Position numbers and translations under genes: made by a program. This document shows positions 8,562-18,706 of a DNA stretch of 64,000 nt, piece by piece. Source of the stretch: Alphaproteobacteria bacterium (GTDB lineage: Bacteria > Pseudomonadota > Alphaproteobacteria > UBA828). The stretch covers positions 3,594,948 to 3,658,947 of the forward strand of contig OY763937.1 in assembly GCA_963667705.1 (NCBI GenBank), read 5' to 3'. Each line of letters opens with the position of its first letter. Position 1 is the stretch's first letter. A model generated the notes under the pieces. That model was not told where the DNA came from. It was given only the letters and a program-made list of their open reading frames with translations, and ran no database searches.

Positions 8562-11115
8562 TGACGATCCGCCCAGGCACCACGATCACCTTGCGCACCT
8601 CGCGGCCGGCCAGCGCCCGACGCACGCCGCCGTCCGCCATCGCCGCCTCCTCCGCCTCCGCCTTGCCGTGGTCGGCCGGCAGCGAGATGGTTGCGCGCTT
8701 CCTGCCGTCCACCTGCACTGCGACGACCACGATGTCGTCGGCGAGTAGCGCGGGGTCCGGCTCGGGCCAGGCCTCCTGCGCGAGCCAGCTCTCGTGCCCC
8801 AGGCGGCGCCAGGCCTCCTCGGCGAGGTGGGGCACGATGGGGCCCAGCAGGCGCACGGCGGTCTCCAGCCCCTCGCGCATCACCGGGCCCGCGCCCGGCG
8901 CGTCCTCGATGGCCGAGAGCTCGTTGGTGAGCGCCCGCACCCGCGCCACGGCGCGGTTGAAGCGGAAGCGCTCCAGGTCCTCGGTCACGCCGGCGACGGT
9001 CCTGTGGATGCTGCGGCGGAGCGCGCGCAGCGGCGGGGCGAGCGTGCCGTGCGCCGGCGTCCCGGCGCCGGGCGGCGGCAGGGCCACCGGGGTCGAGGCG
9101 ACCATGCGCCAGAAGGCGGTGACGTAGCGCCAGGCTCCCTTGACGCCGGTGTCGGTCCACTCGAGGTCGCGCTCGGGCGGGCTGTCGGAGAGCATGAAGA
9201 GCCGGGCCGTGTCGGCGCCGTAGGCCTCGATGATCGCCTCGGGGTCGACCGTGTTGCGCTTGGACTTGCTCATCGCCTCCGAGCGGCCGGCCGTGACCGG
9301 GCGCCCGTCCTCGCGCGCCACCAGCCGGCCTGCGCGGGTCTCGACCTCGTCGGGGTAGTACCAGCGCCCCTCGGCGTCGCGGTAGGTCTCGTGGCACACC
9401 ATGCCCTGGGTGAAGAGGCCGGCGAAGGGCTCCTCGATCGCGACATGGCCGCAGAGCTTGAGCGCCTTGGTGAAGAAGCGGGAGTAGAGCAGGTGAAGCA
9501 CCGCGTGCTCGATGCCGCCGATGTACTGGTCGACCGGCAGCCACGGCTCGACCTCTGCGGCCGGCAGCGGCACCTCGGCACGGGCCGCACAGAAGCGCGC
9601 GAAATACCAGGAGGAATCCACGAAGGTGTCCATGGTGTCCGTGCTTCTCACCGCCGCGCCGCCGCATCGCGGGCAGGTGGTGTGCTTCCACGTCGGATGA
9701 CGGTCGAGGGGATTGCCGGGCTTGTCGAAGGTCACGTCCTCCGGCAGGCGCACCGGCAGTTCCTCGCGCGGCACCGGCACCACGCCGCAACTCTCGCACA
9801 GAACCATCGGGATCGGGCAGCCCCAGTAGCGCTGCCGCGAGATGCCCCAGTCGCGCAGGCGATAGCTGACGGCACTGCCGCCCAGGCCGCGCTCCGCCAG
9901 CGCCTCGACGGCGCTGGCCTTGGCGTCCTCGACCGCAAGCCCGTCCAGGAAGTCGGAGTTGATGGCGGTGCCGTCGCCGACGTAGGCCACGTCGCCGATC
10001 TCGACCGCATCCGCGTCCTCGCCCGGCGGGCACACCACCGGGACGACGGGCAGGCCCTGCGAGCGGGCGAAGTCGAGATCTCGCTGGTCGTGCGCCGGGC
10101 AGCCGAAGATCGCGCCGGTGCCGTAGTCCATGAGCACGAAGTTGGCGACGTAGAGCGGGAGCGTCCGCTCAGCTGCGAAGGGATGGCGCACCCTGAGCCC
10201 GGTATCGTGGCCGCGCTTGCCGGCGGCCTCGATGTCGCGCTCGCCGATGCCGGCCAGATTGCACTCGTCGATGAAGGCGGCGAGCGCCGGATCGGAGGCG
10301 GCGAGCGCCGTCGCCAGCGGGTGGTTGGGCGAGAGCGCGCAGAACGACGCCCCGAAGAGCGTATCCGGGCGGGTGGTGAAGACCTCCAGCGCCTCGTCAC
10401 GACCTTCGACGGGGAAGAGGATCCGCGCGCCCTCGGAACGCCCGATCCAGTTGCGCTGCATGAGCCGCACCTTGTCGGGCCAGCGCGGCAGCGCTTCCAG
10501 CGCCTCCAGCAGCTCGTCGGCGTAGCGGGTGATGCGCAGGAACCACTGCGCCAGTCGGCGCTTCTCGACCGGTGCGCCCGAGCGCCAGCCGCGCCCGTCG
10601 ACCACCTGCTCGTTGGCCAGCACCGTACGGTCGACCGGGTCCCAGTTGACCCAGGCCTCCTTGCGCTCGACCAGGCCGGCCTCGAAGAAATCGAGGAAGA
10701 GCGACTGCTGGTGCGCGTAGTAGCCGGGGTGGCAGGTGGCGAACTCGCGCTCCCAGTCGATGGACAGCCCCATCATCTTGAGCTGGCCGCGCATGGTCGC
10801 GATGTTGCCGTAGGTCCACTCGGCGGGGTGGACGCTGCGCTCGAAGGCCGCGTTCTCCGCCGGCAGGCCGAAGGCATCCCAGCCCATGGGGTGGAGCACG
10901 TCGAAGCCCCGCGCCCGCTTGTAACGCGCCACCACGTCGCCCATCGTGTAGTTGCGCACGTGGCCCATGTGGATGCGCCCCGACGGGTAGGGAAACATCT
11001 CCAGGACGTAGTAGGTCGGGCGGGCGCCGCTCAACGTCGCCCGGAACAGACCCGCCTCCTCCCAGGCCGCCTGCCACCGTGCCTCGACCGCCTGCGCGTC
11101 GTAACGCTCGCTCAT
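8548..11115 (-). CDS. leuS: leucine--tRNA ligase
   Basis: 855 aa; class I HMGH (HMGHVRNY) and KMSKS (AMSKSKRN) motifs; N-terminus [20 protein letters not shown] typical. Confidence 0.95.
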   Translation of the reverse strand: MSERYDAQAVEARWQAAWEEAGLFRATLSGARPTYYVLEMFPYPSGRIHMGHVRNYTMGDVVARYKRARGFDVLHPMGWDAFGLPAENAAFERSVHPAEWTYGNIATMRGQLKMMGLSIDWEREFATCHPGYYAHQQSLFLDFFEAGLVERKEAWVNWDPVDRTVLANEQVVDGRGWRSGAPVEKRRLAQWFLRITRYADELLEALEALPRWPDKVRLMQRNWIGRSEGARILFPVEGRDEALEVFTTRPDTLFGASFCALSPNHPLATALAASDPALAAFIDECNLAGIGERDIEAAGKRGHDTGLRVRHPFAAERTLPLYVANFVLMDYGTGAIFGCPAHDQRDLDFARSQGLPVVPVVCPPGEDADAVEIGDVAYVGDGTAINSDFLDGLAVEDAKASAVEALAERGLGGSAVSYRLRDWGISRQRYWGCPIPMVLCESCGVVPVPREELPVRLPEDVTFDKPGNPLDRHPTWKHTTCPRCGGAAVRSTDTMDTFVDSSWYFARFCAARAEVPLPAAEVEPWLPVDQYIGGIEHAVLHLLYSRFFTKALKLCGHVAIEEPFAGLFTQGMVCHETYRDAEGRWYYPDEVETRAGRLVAREDGRPVTAGRSEAMSKSKRNTVDPEAIIEAYGADTARLFMLSDSPPERDLEWTDTGVKGAWRYVTAFWRMVASTPVALPPPGAGTPAHGTLAPPLRALRRSIHRTVAGVTEDLERFRFNRAVARVRALTNELSAIEDAPGAGPVMREGLETAVRLLGPIVPHLAEEAWRRLGHESWLAQEAWPEPDPALLADDIVVVAVQVDGRKRATISLPADHGKAEAEEAAMADGGVRRALAGREVRKVIVVPGRIVNVVT

Positions 11116-11196
11116 CGGCCCCGCTCGCTCCTTGATCCCGGCCCGCGCCGGGGAGCGGCGCCCCTATAGCATGACGGGCGAGGCGACGCAGCCGCA

Positions 11197-11246
11197 TCGC
11201 GCGCCCCCGCGCGCGTCCCGCGCGACATCGCGCGCCCCCGCGCGTG
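11197..11246. repeat. three consecutive CGCGCG-N3-5-CGCGCG mini-palindromes (alternating CG tracts) upstream of leuS
   Basis: ATCGCGCGCCCCCGCGCGCGTCCCGCGCGACATCGCGCGCCCCCGCGCG; the 18-nt unit ATCGCGCGCCCCCGCGCG occurs twice. Confidence 0.7.
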
Positions 11247-11288
11247 CCCCGGCGCATGGCGGGCAGCGCCCTCGGTGAGAAATCCGGG

Positions 11289-11819
11289 CTAACCGCCGAT
11301 CTGCGCGGTGCGCAACTGGCGGGCGCGGTCGAGTATCTTGTTCTCGAGGCTGGCGGCGGTGGTGTCGCTGGCCGGGCGGTCCTCCCACTGGCCGCCCCCG
11401 GCGCGCTGCTGCCGGAACACGGCGACGCGAAGGGCGTCCGAGCGCAGCGCCCTGTCCAGGATGTAGACGGTCATCTTGAAGCGCTCGTCGGGGGTTTCCG
11501 GCGGGGCGTACCAGTCGGTGATGATCACGCCGCCGAAGGGATCGGCCGAGAGCAGCGGCATGAACGATATGGTGTCGATCGACGCGCGCCAGAGGAAGCT
11601 GTTGACGCCGATGCCGCCGCCCGAGGCCGGTTCGTCCCTGTCGCCGCCCAGCAGGCTTATGCCGCCGGGGCCGAAAATGCTGCCCTCCGTCTGCGGCCCG
11701 CTGCGCTGGCGCGGCACCGGATAGGACTGCTCCTCGTCGGCGAGCTCGCAGCCTGCTGCCACAAGTGCCGCGAGAAGGACACCGACGCGCAGCGTCCTGG
11801 CGATGGTCGGACGCCTCAT
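11289..11819 (-). CDS. DUF3576-family lipoprotein
   Basis: about 176 aa from internal ATG (MRRPTIARTLRVGVLLAALVAAGC..) with lipobox; conserved core GVNSFLWRASIDTISFMPL..DPFGGVIITDWY; ORF-track start at 12056 runs through the tRNA. Confidence 0.6.
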   Translation of the reverse strand: MRRPTIARTLRVGVLLAALVAAGCELADEEQSYPVPRQRSGPQTEGSIFGPGGISLLGGDRDEPASGGGIGVNSFLWRASIDTISFMPLLSADPFGGVIITDWYAPPETPDERFKMTVYILDRALRSDALRVAVFRQQRAGGGQWEDRPASDTTAASLENKILDRARQLRTAQIGG

Positions 11820-11996
11820 GTCGGCGGCCCTGCGTCGAAACTGCATGGGCGCCCTTGTAACACGAGCCGCACGCAGGCGCACCAGATGCCACGGAACTCC
11901 AGGAATTGCCGGCCGTTGACCCGCATTTCCCACCAGGGTCATGGCCTGCGCACCGCCGCCCTGCTGGTGCAACTGCCCTGGATCGGCGGAATGGAG

Positions 11997-12070
11997 TGGA
12001 GGCCGAGGCCGGAATCGAACCGGCGTACACGGATTTGCAGTCCGCTGCATAGCCACTCTGCCACCCGGCC
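11997..12070 (-). tRNA. tRNA-Cys (GCA)
   Basis: Minus-strand sequence GGCCGGGTGGCAGAGTGGCTATGCAGCGGACTGCAAATCCGTGTACGCCGGTTCGATTCCGGCCTCGGCCTCCA folds as cloverleaf: 7-bp acceptor stem, anticodon loop CTGCAAA (GCA), TPsiC arm GGTTCGATTCC, encoded CCA. Confidence 0.85.
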
Positions 12071-12250
12071 AAAGGCGCAGCCCCGGCGCAATCGGGGACG
12101 CTGCACCCCCGGTCCCAATTAGGCCTCCGCCGGCGGCACGGTCAACCGTCTTGATTGCGGCGCCCGGGCGGGCGTCCGGCGAGGCCGGCCGCTGGCGGCG
12201 AGCCGGCGCGGCGGCTACACTCGGGCCGACCCACGGTGGGAGGAGACAGG

Positions 12251-12961
12251 ATGACGGCGGAGCTTTCTCGCGACGAAGAGGTGCGGCGTGCGCTGGAGAC
12301 GATCTTCGCCGCCGATTCGGAGATCTACCAGACCCGGGGCTTCCAGCGCCGCATCGGGTTCGGCACCCGACCGGCGCTGCTGATCATCGACCTCGCCAAC
12401 GCCTGGACCCGGCCGGGCCACAACTTCACCTGCGACAACATGGAGGTCATCATCCCCGCCAACCAGAAGCTGCTGGCCGCGGCGCGGGACAAGAACATCC
12501 CCGTCATCTACACGACGACGGCCTACCAGGACCCCACCGGGCCGCACGCCGACACCGGGCTGTGGCACATGAAGATCCCGGTGGAGACGCTGCGCGAGGG
12601 CTCGCACGAGGCCGCGATCGACGAGCGCATCGCGCCGCTGCCGGCGCGCGGCGAGCAGGTGATCGTCAAGAAGCGCGCGAGCGCCTTCCACGGCACCTAC
12701 CTGGCCGGCTATCTTCGCGCCCAGCGGGTCGACACCGTGATCATCACCGGCGTCACCATGGCGGGCTGCGTGCGCCACTCCGCCGAGGACGCGATCGCGG
12801 AGGGCTTCCGCCCCATCGTGGTGCGCGAGGGCGTGGGCGACCGGGTGCCGGGCGTGGTCGAATGGAACCTGTTCGACATCGACGCCAAGTTCGGCGACGT
12901 GGAGCCGCTGGAGCGGGTCCTCGCCTACTTCGCCGAGCTCCAGGCCTTCAGCAACGAATAG
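12251..12961 (+). CDS. isochorismatase-family cysteine hydrolase
   Basis: 236 aa from ATG at 12251 with upstream GGAGGAGACAGG RBS; ALLIIDLANAW and VIITGVTMAGCVRHSAEDA (catalytic Cys) motifs of isochorismatase/CSHase family. Confidence 0.75.
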   Translation: MTAELSRDEEVRRALETIFAADSEIYQTRGFQRRIGFGTRPALLIIDLANAWTRPGHNFTCDNMEVIIPANQKLLAAARDKNIPVIYTTTAYQDPTGPHADTGLWHMKIPVETLREGSHEAAIDERIAPLPARGEQVIVKKRASAFHGTYLAGYLRAQRVDTVIITGVTMAGCVRHSAEDAIAEGFRPIVVREGVGDRVPGVVEWNLFDIDAKFGDVEPLERVLAYFAELQAFSNE

Positions 12962-13034
12962 GCGCGCGCGGCACGCGCGTGCCGTCGCCGGAGGCGCAAC
13001 GCCCGTTTTGACGCGCCACCGGCTATAATGGGGC

Positions 13035-14156
13035 ATGCGTCGCTACCAGCGTTACCTCCTGCGGCAGCTCGTGGGCCCCTTCGTGCTCGTGGCGCTGGGC
13101 CTCACGGCGGTCGTGTGGCTGTCGCAGTCGCTGCGCATCATCGACCTGATCGTCAACAAGGGCCTGTCGCTCAGCGACTTCATGTTGATGAGCATGCTGG
13201 TGCTGCCCACCTTCCTGGGCGCGATCCTGCCGATCGCGTTCTTCTGCTCGCTGCTCTTCGTCTACAACAAGCTCACCATCGACAGCGAGCTGGTCAGCCT
13301 GCGCGCGGCGGGCGTCAGCCACTGGTCTCTGGCGGCGCCGGCGCTGGTGATGGCGACGGTCATCGCCATCCTCTCCTACGCGATCGGCATGTACGTCATG
13401 CCGGTCAGCCACCGCGAGTTCAAGGAGCGGCAGTTCGTCCTGCGCAGCGACTTCTCGTCGCTGCTGCTCGAGGAGGGCACGTTCAACACCCTGAGCGATG
13501 GCGTCACGGTCTACATCCGCGGGCGCGAGGGCGGCACGCTCAACGGGATTCTCGTGCACGACGCCCGCGAGGGGGAGAGGCCGATCACCATGATGGCCGA
13601 GAGGGGGGTCCTGGTCAGGACGGCCGAGGGCCCGCGCTTCATCCTCTTCAACGGCCACCGCCAGCGCATCGACCGCGATACGTCGCGGCTCTCCCTGCTG
13701 AACTTCGACCGCTACACGATGGACCTGAGCGCCTTCGCCCGGCCCGACGGACCCCGCCACCGCGAGCCGCGCGAGCGCTTCGTCGACGAGCTGCTCGACC
13801 CCAACGCCCACGGGGCCGACAGGATGCGCGGCAAGTTCCTCTCCGAGGCGCACAGCCGCATCGTCTCGCCGCTCTTCGTCTATGCGCTCGCTGCGATCGG
13901 CCTCGCGGCACTGCTCTCCGGCAACATCAACCGCCGCGGGCAGTGGCGACGGATCCTGGCTGCGATCGCGGCGGCGATCGCGTTCGAGGCCCTCGCCCTC
14001 TTCCTCGTCAATGCGACCGCCAAGAACAGCCAGCTCATCCCGCTCATGTACCTCAACCCGATACTCGTGATCGCTGCCTCCCTGGCCGTCCTGCGCCGCC
14101 GACTGCCGCGCTCCCTCGGCGGCGGCGCGGCGCTCAGCCCGGGCGTGCGCGGGTAG
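13035..14156 (+). CDS. lptF: LPS export ABC transporter permease LptF
   Basis: 373 aa; N-terminus MRRYQRYLLRQLVGPF typical of LptF/YjgP; six TM pattern; upstream of lptG. Confidence 0.85.
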   Translation: MRRYQRYLLRQLVGPFVLVALGLTAVVWLSQSLRIIDLIVNKGLSLSDFMLMSMLVLPTFLGAILPIAFFCSLLFVYNKLTIDSELVSLRAAGVSHWSLAAPALVMATVIAILSYAIGMYVMPVSHREFKERQFVLRSDFSSLLLEEGTFNTLSDGVTVYIRGREGGTLNGILVHDAREGERPITMMAERGVLVRTAEGPRFILFNGHRQRIDRDTSRLSLLNFDRYTMDLSAFARPDGPRHREPRERFVDELLDPNAHGADRMRGKFLSEAHSRIVSPLFVYALAAIGLAALLSGNINRRGQWRRILAAIAAAIAFEALALFLVNATAKNSQLIPLMYLNPILVIAASLAVLRRRLPRSLGGGAALSPGVRG

Positions 14157-14168
14157 GGCCTGCGGCCG

Positions 14169-15263
14169 ATGCGCCTCTCCGGAACCCTCTCGCTCTACAT
14201 GAGCCGGCAGTACCTGCAGAGCATCGCGCTCGTCTTCCTGCTCGTCATCGTGACCATCCTCATCGCCGACACGATCGAGCTGCTGCGCCGCGCCTCCGGA
14301 CCCAACAAGACGGCGACGCTGGAGACCGTCCTGCAGATGGCGTCGCTGCACATTCCCTTCATGGCCCAGAAGGCGCTGCCCTTCGTCGTGCTGGTCGGCG
14401 GCATCGTCACCTTCGCGCGGATGCAGCGGAGCCGCGAGCTGGTGGTGGCGCGGGCGGCCGGGGTCTCGGTGTGGCAGTTCATTCTGCCGGTGCTGGTCAT
14501 TTCGGGGCTGCTGGGCGGAGTCTTCATGACGGTGATCAACCCGCTCGCCTCCGCCACGACATCGCGTTATGAACAGTTGGACGCGACCCATCTGCGCGGC
14601 AATTCGAGTCTCCTGGCGCTCTCGCAAACCGGAATCTGGCTCAGACAGGGCGATTCGGAGGGGCAATCGGTGGTCCATGCCGAGCGCATCGACCAGGAGA
14701 CGTTGACGCTGCACAACACGATCGTCTTCCTTTACGCACAGGAGGATCAGTTCGTCGGGCGCATCGACGCCGCCGAAGCCCGGCTGGAGGACGGATACTG
14801 GAACCTGAAGGACGCGCTGTTCACCGCACCGGACGAGCCGGCCCGATTCCGGGCAAATGCCCGCGTGCCGACCAACCTCACCCTAGAGCGCATCCAGAAC
14901 AGCTTTTCGCCGCCGGAGACTCTCTCGTTCTGGGCCCTGCCGAGCTTCATCGACGTGCTCGAGGAGTCGGGATTCTCCTCGACCAAGCACCGGCTGCACT
15001 GGCACTCGCTGCTTGCCGTACCGCTGCTGCTGTGCGCCATGGTGCTGATAGCGGCCACATTCTCGCTCCGCTTCACGCGGCGCGGCACCTGGGTGCTGGT
15101 GGTGGCCGGCCTGCTGATCGGCTTTCTCTTCTATTTCGTGTCCGACCTCGTGCTCGCGCTCGGCCTCTCCGGCAAGCTGCCGCCGGTGCTCGCGGCATGG
15201 ACGCCGGCCGCCATCTTCACGCTGCTCGGCGTCGCGGGCCTGTTCCATCTGGAGGACGGGTAG
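14169..15263 (+). CDS. lptG: LPS export ABC transporter permease LptG
   Basis: 364 aa; LSLYMSRQYLQSIALVF N-terminus; YjgP/YjgQ family paired with lptF. Confidence 0.85.
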   Translation: MRLSGTLSLYMSRQYLQSIALVFLLVIVTILIADTIELLRRASGPNKTATLETVLQMASLHIPFMAQKALPFVVLVGGIVTFARMQRSRELVVARAAGVSVWQFILPVLVISGLLGGVFMTVINPLASATTSRYEQLDATHLRGNSSLLALSQTGIWLRQGDSEGQSVVHAERIDQETLTLHNTIVFLYAQEDQFVGRIDAAEARLEDGYWNLKDALFTAPDEPARFRANARVPTNLTLERIQNSFSPPETLSFWALPSFIDVLEESGFSSTKHRLHWHSLLAVPLLLCAMVLIAATFSLRFTRRGTWVLVVAGLLIGFLFYFVSDLVLALGLSGKLPPVLAAWTPAAIFTLLGVAGLFHLEDG

Positions 15264-15270
15264 CCGAGCC

Positions 15271-17430
15271 ATGACCGGGATCGCTGCCCGGCTCGCCCTC
15301 GCGGGCCTGATCCTGCTCTGCGCCGCGCAGGCAGGCGCGCAGGAAGCCGACGAGACGCCGGACATCGGCGGCGCTCTCGCGGGCGACTTCCTGATGACCG
15401 CCGATACGCTGTCCTACGAAGAGGCCAGCGACACCGTGGTCGCCTCGGGCAATGTCGAGGTCGCCCAGGGTGGGCGGGTGCTTCGTGCCGCCGACATCAG
15501 TTACCGGCGCAGAGAGGGGGTGGTGACGGCCTCCGGCGATGTGGCGCTTCTGGAGCCGGGCGGCGAGGTGATGTTCGCCGATTCCGTGGAGCTCAGCGGC
15601 GACCTGAAGAGCGGCGTGATCCGCCGCCTCAGCGTGCTGCTGACCGACAACTCCAGGATTGCGGCGGCGGGCGCGAGACGCACCGACGGCAACCGCACGG
15701 TGATGCGCAAGGCCGTGTATTCACCCTGCGAGCTGTGTCCGGATAGTCCCGCCCGGCCGCCCCTCTGGCAGCTCAAGGCCGGCACGGTCGTTCACGACCA
15801 GAGCGAGCGCTCGCTCACCTACTACGACGCCTCGCTCGAGGTGCTGGGCCTGCCGGTTCTCTACACGCCCTATTTCCGCCATCCCGACCCCACGGTGAAG
15901 CGTCACACGGGCTTCCTCACCCCGGTCTACCGGAGCTCGGCCGCCCTCGGCGCGGAGGTGATGGTGCCCTACTACTGGAGCATCGCGCCCAACCGCGACG
16001 CGACCTTCTCGCCGCGCTTCACCTCGGACGAGGGCATCGTGCTGGCCGGCGAGTACCGCGAGCGGACGGAGAGCGGCCAGTACATGCTCGATGCCAGCAT
16101 TACCCACGCCAACACCACCGCGGAGGAGGATCGCAGGCTGCGCGGGCACCTCTTCGCCGAGGGTCTCTTCGACATCGACCAGGAGGCGCAATGGGGCTTC
16201 GACCTGGAGGGCGCCCTCGACGACACCTACCTGGCTCGCTACGCCATCTCGTCGAAGGACGACCTGGTCAGCAACCTGTTCGCGGAGAACTACGACCGGC
16301 GCAGCTTCATGTCGGCCAACGCCTACGCGTTCCAGAGCCTGCGCGCCGGGTTCCAGAGCGACCGGTCGCCGATCGTGCTTCCCCTGCTCGATGCGAACCT
16401 GGTGAGCCAGCCCGAGTATTTCGGCGGCTATGGCACCCTCGATGGCAACCTGATGGTGCTGGAGCGCCAGGACGGGATGGACAGCCGGCGGCTCTCCCTC
16501 ACCGGCGGCTGGCACCGGCCGATGATCCTCGAAGGCGGTCATCTGCTCCGCGTCGACGCGAGTCTCAGGGGCGACCTCTATCACTTCCGCAAGCCACGTG
16601 CCTACGCGCCTTCGGCCGACAAGGAGGGAAGCGACACGGACACGCGTGTGGTGCCGCAGCTTTCCGTCGAATGGCGCTATCCCCTGATCACCCATATCGG
16701 CTCCATCCGCCAGTTGATCGAGCCCATCGCGCAGGGGGTCATCAGTCCCTACGGCGGCAATTCCGACGACATACCCAACGAGGACAGCCGCGACCTCGAG
16801 TTCGACCACACCAATCTGTTCAGCACCAACCGCTTCACCGGCTTCGACCGTGTCGAGAGCGGGCGGCGCGTCAACTACGGGGTCCGCCTCGGCTTCTACG
16901 GTCCCGACGGCGGCCGGGCGACCGCACTCTTCGGGCAGAGCGCCCGGGCGAAGGAGGACGACCTCTTCGAAAGCGGAAGCGGACTGGAACACCAGTTCTC
17001 CGACTATGTCGGCCGCATCTTCGTGCAGCCCTCGCCGCTGGTCGATTTCTCCTGGCGCTTCCGCCTCGATCGCCGGGATTTCGTCGCCAGGCGGAACGAG
17101 ATCGACCTCGTCGCCGGGCCGGAGTGGCTGCGTGGCCGCATCGGCTTCGCCGACCTGGACCGGCAGTCCGGCATGGTGACGGAGGATTTCGTCGGCGGCA
17201 GGGAGGCCGTGGCCGGCGCGTCGGCGACCCTGCTCGACAACTATTCGTTCACCGCGCAGACCCGTCGCGACCTCAAGGACAATGACACCATCAAGTGGAA
17301 CATGGGCCTCTCCTACGAGGATGAGTGCATTCTCGTCGGCACGGGGGTCACGCGCTCCTTCACCCGCGACCGCGACGTCCAGCCGGACACGGTGCTGTTT
17401 TTCACCGTCAAGCTGAGGCCCGCGGGCTGA
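15271..17430 (+). CDS. lptD: LPS-assembly outer membrane protein LptD
   Basis: 719 aa; signal peptide; N-terminal OstA-like region (LTADTLSYEE..VVASGNVEV..G) and large C-terminal beta-barrel; followed by surA. Confidence 0.88.
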   Translation: MTGIAARLALAGLILLCAAQAGAQEADETPDIGGALAGDFLMTADTLSYEEASDTVVASGNVEVAQGGRVLRAADISYRRREGVVTASGDVALLEPGGEVMFADSVELSGDLKSGVIRRLSVLLTDNSRIAAAGARRTDGNRTVMRKAVYSPCELCPDSPARPPLWQLKAGTVVHDQSERSLTYYDASLEVLGLPVLYTPYFRHPDPTVKRHTGFLTPVYRSSAALGAEVMVPYYWSIAPNRDATFSPRFTSDEGIVLAGEYRERTESGQYMLDASITHANTTAEEDRRLRGHLFAEGLFDIDQEAQWGFDLEGALDDTYLARYAISSKDDLVSNLFAENYDRRSFMSANAYAFQSLRAGFQSDRSPIVLPLLDANLVSQPEYFGGYGTLDGNLMVLERQDGMDSRRLSLTGGWHRPMILEGGHLLRVDASLRGDLYHFRKPRAYAPSADKEGSDTDTRVVPQLSVEWRYPLITHIGSIRQLIEPIAQGVISPYGGNSDDIPNEDSRDLEFDHTNLFSTNRFTGFDRVESGRRVNYGVRLGFYGPDGGRATALFGQSARAKEDDLFESGSGLEHQFSDYVGRIFVQPSPLVDFSWRFRLDRRDFVARRNEIDLVAGPEWLRGRIGFADLDRQSGMVTEDFVGGREAVAGASATLLDNYSFTAQTRRDLKDNDTIKWNMGLSYEDECILVGTGVTRSFTRDRDVQPDTVLFFTVKLRPAG

Positions 17431-17437
17431 GGCGGCG

Positions 17438-18706
17438 ATGACGATCCCGCCGATCACGAGGGCGGTCCTGCTGCTGCTCGCGCTCCTGCCGGCCATCCTC
17501 GGCAGCGGGGACCGCGCGAGCGGCCAGGAGATCGCGCGCATCGCCGCGGTGGTCAACAACGAGGCGATTTCCATCCCCGATCTCGCAGAGCGGATCGACA
17601 TCGCCATCGTGGCATCCCGGCTGCGGCCCAGCGAGGAGCTGCGCCGGCAATTGGCGCCCCAGGTGCTGCGCTCGATGATCGACGAGCGGCTGAAGCTGCA
17701 GGAGGCGCGGCGCCTCGGGGCGACGGTAAGCCAAGAGGAAGTCGACACAGCGCGGCGCAGCGTGGCGGAGCGCAACAGGATCCCCGCCGACCAGTTCGAG
17801 GACTTTCTCAGGAATCAGGGGCTCAACGTCGACGCCGTCACGGACCAGCTTCGCGCGGAACTCCTGTGGTCCAAGCTCGTGCGTCGCCGGCTGGGTCGAT
17901 CGGTCCTGGTCGGCGAAGGAGAAATCGACGAGGCGATCGCCCGACTGGAGAGCAACCGGGGCCGCCCGGAATACCGCGTCGCCGAGATCTTCCTGGCGGT
18001 CGAGGCGGACGATCAGGAGGGCGAGGTCCGGGCCGCGGCGGGGAGCCTTTTCGAGCAGATCAACGAGGGTGCCGCCTTCGCCCAGATTGCCCGCCAGTTC
18101 TCGCAGAGCGCGACCGCGGCCATCGGCGGCGAAATCGGCTGGGTCATCGAAGGCCAGCTGCCCGGCAAGATCGACGCCGCTCTGGCGCGCATGGAGCCGG
18201 GCATGGTCGCTCCACCGGTGCGCGCCTTCGACGGCTACTACATCGTCTCCCTCCTCGACCGGCGCACCGTGCTCTCGGGCGATCCGGGCGGAGGCAGCGT
18301 GCACCTGGCACAGCTCGTCCTCGCACCGGAGGACGCCGCGACGGCCCGCGCCGACGGCACCCTGGAGCGGCTCCGCGAGGAGACGGAAGGATGCGAGGCG
18401 CTGCTCGCCCGAACCGAGGAGATCGGCTCCCCGCTCTCGGGCGATCTCGGCCGCGTCGCGCCGGGCGACCTGCCCGCCGACATGCGGGCCATCGTCGAGG
18501 CGTTGCCGGTCGGCCGCGCCAGCGAGCCGCTGCCGCACGACGGCGGCGTCCGCCTGATCATGGTGTGCGAGCGCGAGGAGACCGAGGCCGCCAGCCCCGA
18601 CCGCGAGGTCATCGCCCGGGAGATCGCCGGGCGCCGGCTGGAGATGCTGGCGCGGCGCTACGTGCGCGACCTCCACCGCTCGGCCTTCATCGACATCCGC
18701 ATTTGA
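17438..18706 (+). CDS. surA: periplasmic chaperone / peptidyl-prolyl isomerase SurA
   Basis: 422 aa; signal peptide; IAAVVNNEAISIPDLAERI SurA N-domain; parvulin-like PPIase region; lptD-surA synteny. Confidence 0.8.
   Translation: MTIPPITRAVLLLLALLPAILGSGDRASGQEIARIAAVVNNEAISIPDLAERIDIAIVASRLRPSEELRRQLAPQVLRSMIDERLKLQEARRLGATVSQEEVDTARRSVAERNRIPADQFEDFLRNQGLNVDAVTDQLRAELLWSKLVRRRLGRSVLVGEGEIDEAIARLESNRGRPEYRVAEIFLAVEADDQEGEVRAAAGSLFEQINEGAAFAQIARQFSQSATAAIGGEIGWVIEGQLPGKIDAALARMEPGMVAPPVRAFDGYYIVSLLDRRTVLSGDPGGGSVHLAQLVLAPEDAATARADGTLERLREETEGCEALLARTEEIGSPLSGDLGRVAPGDLPADMRAIVEALPVGRASEPLPHDGGVRLIMVCEREETEAASPDREVIAREIAGRRLEMLARRYVRDLHRSAFIDIRI

Noticed and set aside
8794-11169. 791-aa plus-strand ORF
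   Set aside because: Antisense to leuS, which has unambiguous HMGH/KMSKS motifs. Composition artefact.
15721-17775. 684-aa minus ORF
   Set aside because: Antisense to lptD.
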